Assembly (NCBI GenBank): GCA_035387745.1
Contig: DAOOON010000002.1
Location: 17,401 to 49,400 of the forward strand
Reading direction: 5' to 3'
Length of the DNA: 32,000 nucleotides
DNA from: an archaeon
GTDB lineage: Archaea; Iainarchaeota; Iainarchaeia; Iainarchaeales; CSSED10-239
The notes under the pieces were generated by a model. The model ran no database searches and was not told the DNA's origin. It saw only the letters and a list, made by a program, of their open reading frames with translations. Position numbers and translations under genes: made by a program. Positions 1-9,004 of this stretch are shown piece after piece (the stretch's first letter is position 1; each line of letters starts with the position of its first letter).

Positions 1-359
1 GCAGTTCTTGTGTCTTGTCTAAACTTTTCAACAGCTTCTTCAAATTTTAGTATTGGCTCATTTACTTTCTTTCCGGCTTTTATTTCAGAAATATAATCTA
101 ATTCTGCATTAGCCATTGCTTCAAAATGTTGTAATACATCATAATTTTTACTAACTTCTGTAAATTTTTCAGAAAGTAAAGCAGTGCCTAATTTCATTTT
201 TTGTACTTGTATTTTTAATTCTCGTAATTTATTTGCATCTTTAAGTAATTTGGTCTTTACTTTTTCAGGAATTGCTGGTCTTTTTACAATTTTTCCGTGT
301 TTTTTCTTTTTTTCAGCTTTTTCTTTTGGCTTTGGCCTAACGCCTGCAAATTTTGGCAT
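1..359 (-). CDS. Hypothetical protein, N-terminal part only (gene continues beyond left edge)
   Basis: Absent from the ORF track because there is no stop inside the window. The reverse strand reads ATG (359..357) then MPKFAGVRPKPKEKAEKKKKHGKIVKRPAIPEKVKTKLLKDANKLRELKIQVQKMKLG... with no in-frame stop down to base 1. A GAGGG Shine-Dalgarno-like motif lies ~7 nt upstream. It explains the listed + ORF 184..375 as antisense. No family recognised. Confidence 0.5.
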   Translation of the reverse strand, partial: MPKFAGVRPKPKEKAEKKKKHGKIVKRPAIPEKVKTKLLKDANKLRELKIQVQKMKLGTALLSEKFTEVSKNYDVLQHFEAMANAELDYISEIKAGKKVNEPILKFEEAVEKFRQDTRT

Positions 360-448
360 AATCTTTCCCTCTTAAATATTATTAATTTATATTAACAATA
401 ATTAAATAAAAGATATTTAAAACTATCTTTTTAACAGAAACTAATTAA

Positions 449-1075
449 TTATTTATAAATGGCGCCAGTTTCCATATACCAAAGATAAAAATCAAGCTCA
501 CCAAGAGTCAGATTAGTTTCTTTTGCTAGGCCTTCTAATTTTTTCTCTATCTTTAAATATGCGTCTTTGTTAAGATTTTTTGGCTTTTTTACAATCTTAT
601 TGTCTGCCAAGATATCGACTATATGAAAATCAATAATTGCATAATCGAAAAAACCAATGTTTCTTAGAAAATGACTAGATTCCTTAAAGCCAAGGCCCTT
701 GATATTTTTTACAAGCCACTCTCTTTTTTCGTACTTGTCTTTAATAGAAAAAAGTTTTTCTTTAATGTCGTCTTTGTGCTCCTGAGCCAGAAAAATAAAA
801 TGAGCACGCGTGTTTGGAAACCTGTGACCGTTTGCTTTTAGAAGCTTTGCAAGTTGGGCTTCTGTACCTGTAAGAAAAAGACAACCACACTTCTCTTGAA
901 TCTCAACTGCCCTTTTAGCATTAAAATTGGCGGTCATCAAACAAAAGCAAAGCTCTTGAAATATGTCCTGAGAAGATTTCTTGGAAAAACTTTTAAATTG
1001 CTTTATCTTTTTAGAAATAGTTTTTTCTATTGCTGTTTTTTTTAAAGCATTAATTTGAGAAACGAGTTTTTTCAT
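449..1075 (-). CDS. ogg: 8-oxoguanine DNA glycosylase / AP lyase, archaeal Ogg2 type (HhH-GPD superfamily)
   Basis: 208 aa. Shows the helix-hairpin-helix plus catalytic Lys context NIKGLGFKESSHFLRNIGF and the downstream Asp in AIIDFHIV. Size and layout match the ~207-aa Methanocaldococcus-type Ogg. Confidence 0.85.
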   Translation of the reverse strand: MKKLVSQINALKKTAIEKTISKKIKQFKSFSKKSSQDIFQELCFCLMTANFNAKRAVEIQEKCGCLFLTGTEAQLAKLLKANGHRFPNTRAHFIFLAQEHKDDIKEKLFSIKDKYEKREWLVKNIKGLGFKESSHFLRNIGFFDYAIIDFHIVDILADNKIVKKPKNLNKDAYLKIEKKLEGLAKETNLTLGELDFYLWYMETGAIYK

Positions 1076-1117
1076 ATCTGTCCAAGATTTAGTGTATTTT
1101 TAGAGAAAAGAAGTCAT

Positions 1118-1492
1118 TTAAGACTTCCAAACTCCGTGTATATTACATAGACATCTTGCACTTATCTTATAGCCCCCACCTTTAAACTCAGCAACAGGCT
1201 CATCTCCTGGAGTTAGTTTCTTAACATACACTGAACCATCAATATTAACTTCAATCCATTTGATGTGATGCTCTGCTGTCATTGGGTGTGGTATGTCTCC
1301 AACTCTAACAACAATACTATCTCTTGTTTTTTCAATTACTGGAATGTGCTTTTCCTTTAATTGTTCTTCGCTAGTGTCGTGATGAAGATCCATGTTTTGT
1401 CCACAGCACACAAGCGTTCCGCCGCCAGCATCAATTACTTCAACAACGTTACCACAGATCGCACATCTATAAATTTCTCCTTTTTTTACCAT
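1118..1492 (-). CDS. dfx: Desulfoferrodoxin (2Fe superoxide reductase)
   Basis: 124 aa. Has the N-terminal desulforedoxin-like Cys cluster (CAICGN ... VCCGQ). Also has the C-terminal SOR centre-II ligand pattern (KHIPV, HPMTAEHHIKWIE, CNIHGVW). An AAGGGGGTAAAA ribosome-binding context lies upstream of the ATG. Confidence 0.9.
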   Translation of the reverse strand: MVKKGEIYRCAICGNVVEVIDAGGGTLVCCGQNMDLHHDTSEEQLKEKHIPVIEKTRDSIVVRVGDIPHPMTAEHHIKWIEVNIDGSVYVKKLTPGDEPVAEFKGGGYKISARCLCNIHGVWKS

Positions 1493-1506
1493 AGTTTTTT
1501 ACCCCC

Positions 1507-2085
1507 TTAATAATTCTCATTTTGTACTCTAAAATACTCTGGTGGATGACCACATGATGGGCATTCCTTTGGTGGTTCCTTTCCTTTGTGCATATATCCA
1601 CATTTACTACATATCCACACGACTTCTATTTCTTTTTTCAATAACGTTTTTTCATCTAAATTCTTTAATAATTTTTTATATCTTTCTTCGTGATGCTTTT
1701 CGGCAATTGCTATTGCTCTAAGTTTGTTTGCAATTTCGGGCATGCCTTCTTTTTCAGCGACATCAGCATATTCTGGATACATACTTGTATATTCGTGATT
1801 TTCCCCAGAAATTGCGGCTCTGAGATTGTCTGCTGTATTTCCATATGCTGTTGGAACATCTGCTTCAACAACTAGATCTTCTGTAATATTATTTTGTTTC
1901 TTTAATTCTCTTATTAATACAAACAATTGCTTTGCGTGTTCTCTTTCTTGTTCTGCGGTTTCTAAGAAGATATCTGCAATCTGAAATAAGCTTTCTTTTG
2001 TTGCAACCTTTGCATAGAAAGTATATCTGTTTCTTGCTTGAGACTCTCCAATAAAAGCCTTACATAGATTTTCTATAGTTTTCAT
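1507..2085 (-). CDS. rbr: Rubrerythrin (di-iron four-helix bundle plus C-terminal rubredoxin-like domain)
   Basis: The ORF track extends to 2124. The conserved N-terminus [21 protein letters not shown] starts at the ATG at 2085, which is preceded by AAGGGGGTAAAA. Di-iron ExxH motifs are present ([15 protein letters not shown]). The C-terminus has CSKCG...CPSCG. Confidence 0.9.
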   Translation of the reverse strand: MKTIENLCKAFIGESQARNRYTFYAKVATKESLFQIADIFLETAEQEREHAKQLFVLIRELKKQNNITEDLVVEADVPTAYGNTADNLRAAISGENHEYTSMYPEYADVAEKEGMPEIANKLRAIAIAEKHHEERYKKLLKNLDEKTLLKKEIEVVWICSKCGYMHKGKEPPKECPSCGHPPEYFRVQNENY

Positions 2086-2167
2086 ATATTTTACCCCCTT
2101 TATCCTATAAATATATAAAAGCATAAATATTAAATATATTGTTATAATATATCTATTGTAAAAAAGT

Positions 2168-3004
2168 GTGAAAAAGATGACTGAAAAAATAATTGAAGAA
2201 CTAAGTCAAATAAAATTTAAAGCAACAACCATCTATGAGTCCTTTAAATATCCTTTACATCGTACAAATAAAACACAAAGAATTCCTTTGTTAAAAAATA
2301 TAAAGAATAATATTGAGGAATTAACTAGACTATTAAATGGGCTTTTAGGTTATTCGTCTATACAATTTAATAAAGAAATTGAAGCAGAAAAGATCAGGCT
2401 GTTCCAAAACGTATTTCTGGAAATATCAGGTAAACTACAACAATCAATCTTTTTAGAAGAACACACCACAATTGTAGAAAATGATCTTGTAAATATAAAA
2501 AATGAAATTGCAACTCCTGAGAAATACTTTGAAATAGAACAATCTGTTAAAAACAATATAAATAACCTTATTATTTTTATTGATGATGCAAAAAAACAAA
2601 TTGATCACAAATATGTTAGTCTTGCAAATCAAAAAAGATCTGTTGAAGAGTTATTAAAAACACTTGAAAGAAAAGATCAAACAATATTGGAACTAAACAA
2701 AAGGATTGATGAACTCAATTGGATAGATGCAAAAGAAAAAGCAAAAACTTCAAGACTTGCAAATTTAGAAGAAGAATTACTTAAAACCTATAAAGCAAAT
2801 GAACAGGATCTTACCATTTTAAAGTTGCACATAATACATATTGAAAAGGCCCTAGATAATCTTTTAAGAGAATCAAAATCATTAACTCAAGATATTAATC
2901 ATCTAGAGGCAAAAAACATATTAAAAGAGCAAGCATCATTGGAATTGATTAAAGAATTAAAAAAAGAATTGATTGCAGCAAAATATAATTTAAAAAATAA
3001 GTGA
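2168..3004 (+). CDS. Coiled-coil protein, no TM segment (first gene of the surface-appendage locus)
   Basis: 278 aa, Lys/Glu/Leu/Asn-rich heptad-like sequence throughout (e.g. [29 protein letters not shown]). The start is GTG 2168 or ATG 2177. No SD is visible, and a TATAATATAT box ~27 nt upstream of 2177 suggests a leaderless mRNA. No family recognised. Confidence 0.6.
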   Translation: MKKMTEKIIEELSQIKFKATTIYESFKYPLHRTNKTQRIPLLKNIKNNIEELTRLLNGLLGYSSIQFNKEIEAEKIRLFQNVFLEISGKLQQSIFLEEHTTIVENDLVNIKNEIATPEKYFEIEQSVKNNINNLIIFIDDAKKQIDHKYVSLANQKRSVEELLKTLERKDQTILELNKRIDELNWIDAKEKAKTSRLANLEEELLKTYKANEQDLTILKLHIIHIEKALDNLLRESKSLTQDINHLEAKNILKEQASLELIKELKKELIAAKYNLKNK

Positions 3005-3010
3005 TAAATA

Positions 3011-4537
3011 ATGTCTGAATATGATCCATTTGGCGGTAGATTTCCACAAGACTCCGAAAAACCAAAATCTAATTTTAAATTAGATGAAAAAACAATTGGG
3101 CTAATTAAGAAAGTAATTATTTTAGTCGTGGTTTTAGGTGTTATTGGGGGCGCGATTTATTTTTTCTTTTTTAATAACATTATAATTAATTTCTCTGTAA
3201 AAGACACAGAAGGGAAGGCATTAAATTCTGCAAACATAAAAATCACTCCTGAGAAACAAAATAAATCAATTCAATATTCTCCAGGAGATGAAATAAAATT
3301 AAATAAAAATAAAAATTATAAATATGCAATTGAATTAAAAGGATATAAAACAATTAATGGGCAATTAGCTCCTAAAGACATCGTAGAACCAAACCAGGCC
3401 ATTAAATTAGAAAAAGACATTAGACTAGATGTTCTTTCTTTTATTTGCCCAACAGACGTATTTATTGGGCAAACTGTTAAATGCGAATTACAATTAAATA
3501 ACATTAGCGAAAATGAGGACTATAATCTAGAAAATTTAATTTTTAGAGACGATAAAGATAAACCGCTTAAAAACTGGGCTGATTTAAATGATGAATTCTT
3601 AAGATTTGTAGACGGATTTGATGCAGAAGTCCCTAGCACCAAAATAATTACACACAAAACTAAAGACACTGTTTTTATTTTATTTAGTGTGCCAGAAAGT
3701 ATTAAACGCGGAACAACACAAAAAATTATGGCAAGAATTAAGTACACAGATAATAATGCAATTCAAGAAATAAAAATATCTCAAGCGCCCAATATAGGGT
3801 TTACTTCTGAACTGAGTAGTGCTTTAAATTTAGAAAGCGGAAATGAAATAATTAAAACATATACAATTGATAACTCTAAAAATAAAACAGATCTATCGGG
3901 ATTAGAACTAGAAATCGATGCAAATTATGAGCCCACAACTGGAGAATTAGATTCTAATTTCGATATAGCCGAAATAATAGTGCCAGATTATACCACCCTA
4001 AATGTAAATGCATCTTCGCGTTCACAAGGACAAATAACTATTAAATTACCTAATAATTTAAGGGCGGGAAAAATCACAGGAATTTTAGCATTAAACAGCC
4101 CCATTTTTTCTGAACCAAAAAAAATCACATTTACAATTAATATAAAGGAACCAGAAAATAAATTTAATATAAGTCTAAATAAAAGTACAGAAACGTTAGA
4201 TTATGATGCAAACACTAATATTACAACTATTAAACAGATAACTTTAAATTTAGATAACAAGAACAAAATTCCAGTTCATATAAATTCAATTTATATTGAA
4301 AACTCAACAGGAACAACAGATTGTAATCATTGGATAGTTCTTCCTACAGAATATAATGGTTATGACATTCAATCAAATTATAATCCAGCGCCTATAATTT
4401 TATTACAAGGATCGGACCTAGGCTCTTTAACAACAATAACTGGATTAAAGATTTGTAATATTAATGTAGATTATAGACATCCATATTTAGATGAAAATAT
4501 AATTATTAAAAATAAGATACAAATAAGTGTAAATTAA
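3011..4537 (+). CDS. Single-pass membrane-anchored surface protein, Asn-rich, CARDB-like beta-sandwich segments
   Basis: 508 aa. A ~35-aa charged N-terminus is followed by one hydrophobic helix (VIILVVVLGVIGGAIYFFFF). The rest is Asn/Thr/Ile-rich with many N-x-S/T sequons. Starts 6 nt after the previous gene. Confidence 0.6.
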   Translation: MSEYDPFGGRFPQDSEKPKSNFKLDEKTIGLIKKVIILVVVLGVIGGAIYFFFFNNIIINFSVKDTEGKALNSANIKITPEKQNKSIQYSPGDEIKLNKNKNYKYAIELKGYKTINGQLAPKDIVEPNQAIKLEKDIRLDVLSFICPTDVFIGQTVKCELQLNNISENEDYNLENLIFRDDKDKPLKNWADLNDEFLRFVDGFDAEVPSTKIITHKTKDTVFILFSVPESIKRGTTQKIMARIKYTDNNAIQEIKISQAPNIGFTSELSSALNLESGNEIIKTYTIDNSKNKTDLSGLELEIDANYEPTTGELDSNFDIAEIIVPDYTTLNVNASSRSQGQITIKLPNNLRAGKITGILALNSPIFSEPKKITFTINIKEPENKFNISLNKSTETLDYDANTNITTIKQITLNLDNKNKIPVHINSIYIENSTGTTDCNHWIVLPTEYNGYDIQSNYNPAPIILLQGSDLGSLTTITGLKICNINVDYRHPYLDENIIIKNKIQISVN

Positions 4538-6559
4538 ATGGACTATATTGATTGGATAATTTCTAGTGTTTTATTTATTACAGTTATTGCATTTGTACTT
4601 ATTAGTTTATTTAATATTTTACCTAAATCAAACAACACAAATACAATCAGTGATTTACTATATAAATCTACAATCTCTCTGATTATTCCGGTTTATAATG
4701 TTTCTATGATTTCTGAAGATTCAGAAGTGTACCCTTATGTTATTTCAGACTGTAATTATGGTAGAGCAGAAAACACATTTGAAATCGATACAAACAATAA
4801 TTTGTTATTTGGATTGATTTATGATAAAGATAAATTCTATAATTATGAAACAGACATTAATGCTTTATCTGGTCTTGGAGTACGATTATTATTAGAAAAC
4901 TTTAATGATTATAATTATCAAGACACTTTTGATTTAAATTCAGGAACCGCAAATATAAGTTCTGGAATTTTAGAGCTAGAGGCCGGTTCAACAATAGACA
5001 CAACAATAGAATTTTCTAAATATCTTGGTTCATTTGTAACAAATGCAGAAGATATAAACGTATATATTAATTTTGATACTACAAGCGACAGATTTTATTG
5101 TAGTTTTAATGAAACAGGCGTCCAGCTTTTTAAAATTGGAGAATCAGAAGCAATTGAAGAAAATAATACTACTCTAAAAACGACAAACTGGAGAAAATTA
5201 AATTTTGGATATTACAGGGACTTTGAGGGATTTTCCTGGTTTTTTTGTGGAATTGGCGAAAACATTAATATCCTAGAAACCTCTAGCCAAACACATCCCG
5301 AAGAAACCACAATAAGAATTGAAGCAATAGATGATCAAACTTATATAGATGATTTTAGGGTCTATAAAAGTTTAATTAATATAACAGAACATGATGGCAC
5401 TACAGTTAAAACAGATTCATTAAGAACAACAGTAACTAGCGCAGATATGAGAGTAGAATTCTATGAACTGTCCGAAATGGATGCTAATGAAGTATTGGGG
5501 TGTGCTCTGTCTTTTTCCACTTCAAGTGGAAATTTAAATAATTATAATGAGGGGCCAATTAAAATTTTCTCAAATGATTCAAATCAAAACAAATTAGTTT
5601 TCTTTCCTATAGCAAAAGAATTTTGGATATATAAGTATACTGGAGAAGATCCAATTACTATTACTTATATAGTTGATGAAATTAAACCGTATAATTTTGG
5701 TTCTGCAACAGAAAACGGGCAATTTGTAGATTTAAATAAAATACCAGGAAGCTATGCTGTGCCTGTTTCCTTTGTTCCTGAAAATTCTTTTACAACAGAA
5801 AATTTTGGTTCTTTTGATGTGAACTTTAATAAAGTTTTTTCTGAGATTACGCCAACAGGCGGTGGTTCTGAAACGCCAATTATACAATATTGTAAAGTTG
5901 AGGGATGTAGCGATATTACCAGTGATTCTAATTTTATATTTGATACTGATACAAACACGGCAGAAGTGATTTTTAAATTTCCGGAAGAAACTGTTGCTAA
6001 TCAACCATTTAATATTGTTATTATTTTTAACTATTTTAATTTAGAAAATTTAGAAAATGCTACCGGAGAGGCAACGGTGCTTGATGGCACACAGCTTACT
6101 GCAAGGGTCTCAGCAGAAGAAATTATAATTGATACAAATCAATTTTATTTATATAATATTTTTAATCCTATTTATCCAAACATTAAACAAACAATAATAT
6201 TTGATGTCTTTGATAATACAGGATTACATGCACAGGATTGTAACTTCTTTATAAATTGGGGTTCTCAAAATATAGTTGTAACTTGCGATGAAAATTATTT
6301 ACTTAAAGTTAGATATAGATTTACTGATTTAAATAATACCATTTTAGATTATCCAAATCTATCAATCACAAAGACTAACGAAAGAATTGTGACACAAGAA
6401 CATTTTGAGAATTTATCTTGTGATTCTTATTTTGTAAATATTAAAAATAAAACATTAGATGTTAACTGTGGTATTGGAGTTAATCCTAATTATAAAATGA
6501 TTATAAAATATCTTCATAATACGGGATTATTAGAAAATGCAGACATATATATAAAATAA
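4538..6559 (+). CDS. Large single-pass membrane-anchored surface protein, Asn-rich, heavily sequon-laden
   Basis: 673 aa. The N-terminal helix is WIISSVLFITVIAFVLISLFNIL. The ATG immediately abuts the stop of the preceding gene (4537/4538). Many sequons are present (NNT, NVS, NIS, NET, NTT, NIT, NDS, NAT, NLS, NKT). No family recognised. Confidence 0.6.
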   Translation: MDYIDWIISSVLFITVIAFVLISLFNILPKSNNTNTISDLLYKSTISLIIPVYNVSMISEDSEVYPYVISDCNYGRAENTFEIDTNNNLLFGLIYDKDKFYNYETDINALSGLGVRLLLENFNDYNYQDTFDLNSGTANISSGILELEAGSTIDTTIEFSKYLGSFVTNAEDINVYINFDTTSDRFYCSFNETGVQLFKIGESEAIEENNTTLKTTNWRKLNFGYYRDFEGFSWFFCGIGENINILETSSQTHPEETTIRIEAIDDQTYIDDFRVYKSLINITEHDGTTVKTDSLRTTVTSADMRVEFYELSEMDANEVLGCALSFSTSSGNLNNYNEGPIKIFSNDSNQNKLVFFPIAKEFWIYKYTGEDPITITYIVDEIKPYNFGSATENGQFVDLNKIPGSYAVPVSFVPENSFTTENFGSFDVNFNKVFSEITPTGGGSETPIIQYCKVEGCSDITSDSNFIFDTDTNTAEVIFKFPEETVANQPFNIVIIFNYFNLENLENATGEATVLDGTQLTARVSAEEIIIDTNQFYLYNIFNPIYPNIKQTIIFDVFDNTGLHAQDCNFFINWGSQNIVVTCDENYLLKVRYRFTDLNNTILDYPNLSITKTNERIVTQEHFENLSCDSYFVNIKNKTLDVNCGIGVNPNYKMIIKYLHNTGLLENADIYIK

Positions 6560-6575
6560 AAAGAACAATTTCTAA

Positions 6576-6740
6576 TTAGATTATTGCTCTAAGAATGAGG
6601 ATAACGATAGCAATACCTAAAGATAAACCTATTACTGCTTCTGGGGATAATTGCGGACCTGCTACAGACTCCTTAAATTTCATAATTCCTATAGCTGAAC
6701 TGGGACCTTGATTATTATTTTTAGAATAATTCATCTTCAT
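6576..6740 (-). CDS. secG: Preprotein translocase subunit Sec61beta (archaeal SecG)
   Basis: 54-codon ORF below the ORF-track cut-off: MKMNYSKNNNQGPSSAIGIMKFKESVAGPQLSPEAVIGLSLGIAIVILILRAII. It shows the family pattern S-x-x-G-[LI]-[MI]-[KR]-[FY] ... SP..V followed by a single C-terminal TM helix. It forms a visibly GC-richer island in an otherwise empty 265-nt gap. Confidence 0.7.
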   Translation of the reverse strand: MKMNYSKNNNQGPSSAIGIMKFKESVAGPQLSPEAVIGLSLGIAIVILILRAII

Positions 6741-6824
6741 AAATTTATCACAATTTAAATAGAACTATATATATTTAAAGAAACCAAAACCTTTTATATT
6801 AATCTATTTTATATTTTATTAGGG

Positions 6825-7763
6825 TTGAAGGGTATGGTAGAGCAGAAACAATCAGAATATAAGTGGCTGGTAAGAATAATATTTCTTTTAATAATTATAG
6901 TTGCGGCATTATTTGTATTTATTTGGACAGGAACTATAAGGTGCAGATCTATACCTGGCGGCTGCAACGTGTACTGGAGCGTTATGACTATAGTTACAGG
7001 AAAACAACAACCGAGCGTTCTAATTTTATATGACCCTACAGATCAGAAAGGTCTGGGTAATCCCGAACTATTAAAAGATTTGCTGACTGATCGAAAAGGG
7101 GTGGCAATACACCCTTCCCTTGCGGATATTCGATACCTTAATTCTGAACAATTAAAGAACGTAAGTCTTGTAGTTGTAGAAAAGGCAAGAAAAATTTCTA
7201 CGCTTCAATTAATGACTATGCGAAACTATATCGCACAAGGCGGAAGAATTGTTTGGATTGGAGATGCAGGAATAGAACACAATGAAGATAAAGGAGATTT
7301 GCTATATGTTGGCCCAGAAAACGAAAAAAAAAATGGATGGGTCAGATTAACAGATGCAAATATGATTATATTTTTTAACAGAACTCTAGGGGTTAATTAT
7401 GTTGCAAATTTTTGCGATATAAGAGATTGCGATGTTGGGGATAAATTTACTGGAAAGTTAATGCCAAGTTCAGACACTCATCCGTTAGTTTATGGTTTAA
7501 AACCAAATCTCCCAATCTCTGATAATTATTCTATAGTGACCTTGATAGAACCTAATCCCGTTCCTTTAAAAATAGATTTTGGAGCAAATCTGCGAGATAC
7601 AAATAATAACGGTTACGGAGACATATTTGATGCCATAGTGACCAGCAATTCAAATAGAGTGGCTTACTATGCTATCCCCCCTGAATATCTTGCAGAAGAC
7701 AAAGATGGAGAAAACAAATATTTTTCTATTATTTATAATATGTTTGAGGGAATGGTAAATTGA
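6825..7763 (+). CDS. Membrane-anchored extracytoplasmic globular protein with paired cysteines
   Basis: 312 aa, TTG start (ATG alternative at 6834). TM helix LVRIIFLLIIIVAALFVFIW. Has Cys pairs (CRSIPGGC, CDIRDC). The alternating strand/helix pattern VLILYDP...VSLVVVEKARKIS...YIAQGGRIVWIGDAG is reminiscent of flavodoxin-like / GATase1-like folds. That fold guess is weak. Confidence 0.6.
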   Translation: MKGMVEQKQSEYKWLVRIIFLLIIIVAALFVFIWTGTIRCRSIPGGCNVYWSVMTIVTGKQQPSVLILYDPTDQKGLGNPELLKDLLTDRKGVAIHPSLADIRYLNSEQLKNVSLVVVEKARKISTLQLMTMRNYIAQGGRIVWIGDAGIEHNEDKGDLLYVGPENEKKNGWVRLTDANMIIFFNRTLGVNYVANFCDIRDCDVGDKFTGKLMPSSDTHPLVYGLKPNLPISDNYSIVTLIEPNPVPLKIDFGANLRDTNNNGYGDIFDAIVTSNSNRVAYYAIPPEYLAEDKDGENKYFSIIYNMFEGMVN

Positions 7764-7764
7764 C

Positions 7765-8118
7765 ATGACAAAATCTTTTGAAGTCGCAATTTCTATCATT
7801 TTGCTTTTATTTTTTGTTTTTTTTTTATTTGAAACTATAAATCAGAAATATTCTCAAAATCCTATACCAGAAGAAGTTAAAACCATAATTTTATTAGAAG
7901 CTAGAGATTCGGGATTTAGGGAACTTATCTCTAACTCTGAAGTTGATAATGTCTATTCTTTACTTTATCCGCAAATGGATTATAGATTTAATGTAAGCAT
8001 TTGTGATTGGTTAGATGATAATTGTGAAAATAGAGAATTAGAGAATTTCGCAAAAAAAAGAGAATTTGTGTATTTCTTTTCTGATACTAATAAAACCCTT
8101 CATATTGAATTAGATTAA
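7765..8118 (+). CDS. Small pilin-like protein (possible class III signal peptide)
   Basis: 117 aa. The N-terminus MTKS/FEVAISIILLLFFVFFLF has a short basic tip, a small residue, then ~20 hydrophobic residues. Two Cys are present (CDWLDDNC). Starts 1 nt after the previous stop. Confidence 0.5.
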   Translation: MTKSFEVAISIILLLFFVFFLFETINQKYSQNPIPEEVKTIILLEARDSGFRELISNSEVDNVYSLLYPQMDYRFNVSICDWLDDNCENRELENFAKKREFVYFFSDTNKTLHIELD

Positions 8119-8130
8119 AGGAGCAATAAT

Positions 8131-8610
8131 TTGAAAAAAGGATTTACATACATTGTAACTACAATGTTACTTATAATACTTATAAGTGGGGTTGTTATTG
8201 TATCTAATTATAACGCCCCAGGGAATAAAATAAACCCTGTAGCAATACTTGCAAAAAACTATGAAAACGAGTTCTTAAATATTTTAAACTCTGGTTCATC
8301 TGTTGAAGACATTAATCAATTTAATTATAGATTTAAGAAATTTATAAACAGCAATAATTATGATTCTAAATTGTGTAATTTAATTACTACAGAGAATGGG
8401 ATTATTGCAAGCAATTTTATGGACCAAAATTGTGATTTAATGATAAATGGAGTATCTAATCAAACAATTACAGAGAATAACACAATTATAACAGATATAT
8501 TTATAAATGATACGAATATATATTTATGTAACTGTTATTATAAGGCAGGAGAGAATATCTATTATATAGATATTTATAATGAGAACTCAAAAACTACATT
8601 TAAAAATTAG
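8131..8610 (+). CDS. Type IV pilin-like protein (class III signal peptide KKG/FTY...)
   Basis: 159 aa. TTG start with a GGAG SD 8 nt upstream. The N-terminus MKKG/FTYIVTTMLLIILISGVVIV resembles the [KR]G-cleavage prepilin motif. Five Cys lie in the mature part. Confidence 0.55.
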   Translation: MKKGFTYIVTTMLLIILISGVVIVSNYNAPGNKINPVAILAKNYENEFLNILNSGSSVEDINQFNYRFKKFINSNNYDSKLCNLITTENGIIASNFMDQNCDLMINGVSNQTITENNTIITDIFINDTNIYLCNCYYKAGENIYYIDIYNENSKTTFKN

Positions 8611-8620
8611 AGGGGATATT

Positions 8621-8971
8621 ATGAAGAATGTAACTGAACTATTAAATCAGATAGAAGAAAGAACTAACATAATTGTTGCAAAATTAGAAATTTTAAGATT
8701 TGCAGAAGAAGATGTTCAGACAATTAAAAAATCATTAGAAGTAATTAAAAAGAAACTTGAATCTGGAGAAATAAGTAAATTTTCGTATGCCACAATGCTA
8801 GAAATAAACAAAAAAAGAGCAATGGAAAATACCAATTCCAAAAAGAAAACGTGGGATGAAGTTGCAGAATCCATAAATGAAATAAGCGATTTACTAAATG
8901 ACTTAAAAGATACATTCAATGCTAAAACAGAATTTGAGGGAATAGATGAAATTAAAACATCAAAGTCTTAA
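8621..8971 (+). CDS. Small coiled-coil protein
   Basis: The ORF track starts at 8579, inside the previous gene. I prefer the ATG at 8621, which is preceded by AGAGGGGAT. 116 aa, helical Lys/Glu-rich, no TM segment. Confidence 0.5.
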   Translation: MKNVTELLNQIEERTNIIVAKLEILRFAEEDVQTIKKSLEVIKKKLESGEISKFSYATMLEINKKRAMENTNSKKKTWDEVAESINEISDLLNDLKDTFNAKTEFEGIDEIKTSKS

Positions 8972-9004
8972 ATTATTATTTAAAATCGAATATAAAGATG
9001 AGCC

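Noticed and set aside
184-375. Listed + strand ORF of 63 aa (MPNFIFCTCIF...)
   Set aside because: It is antisense to a better-supported minus-strand gene that starts at 359 with an SD and stays open to the window edge. The + ORF is Phe/Cys-rich, low-complexity mirror sequence.
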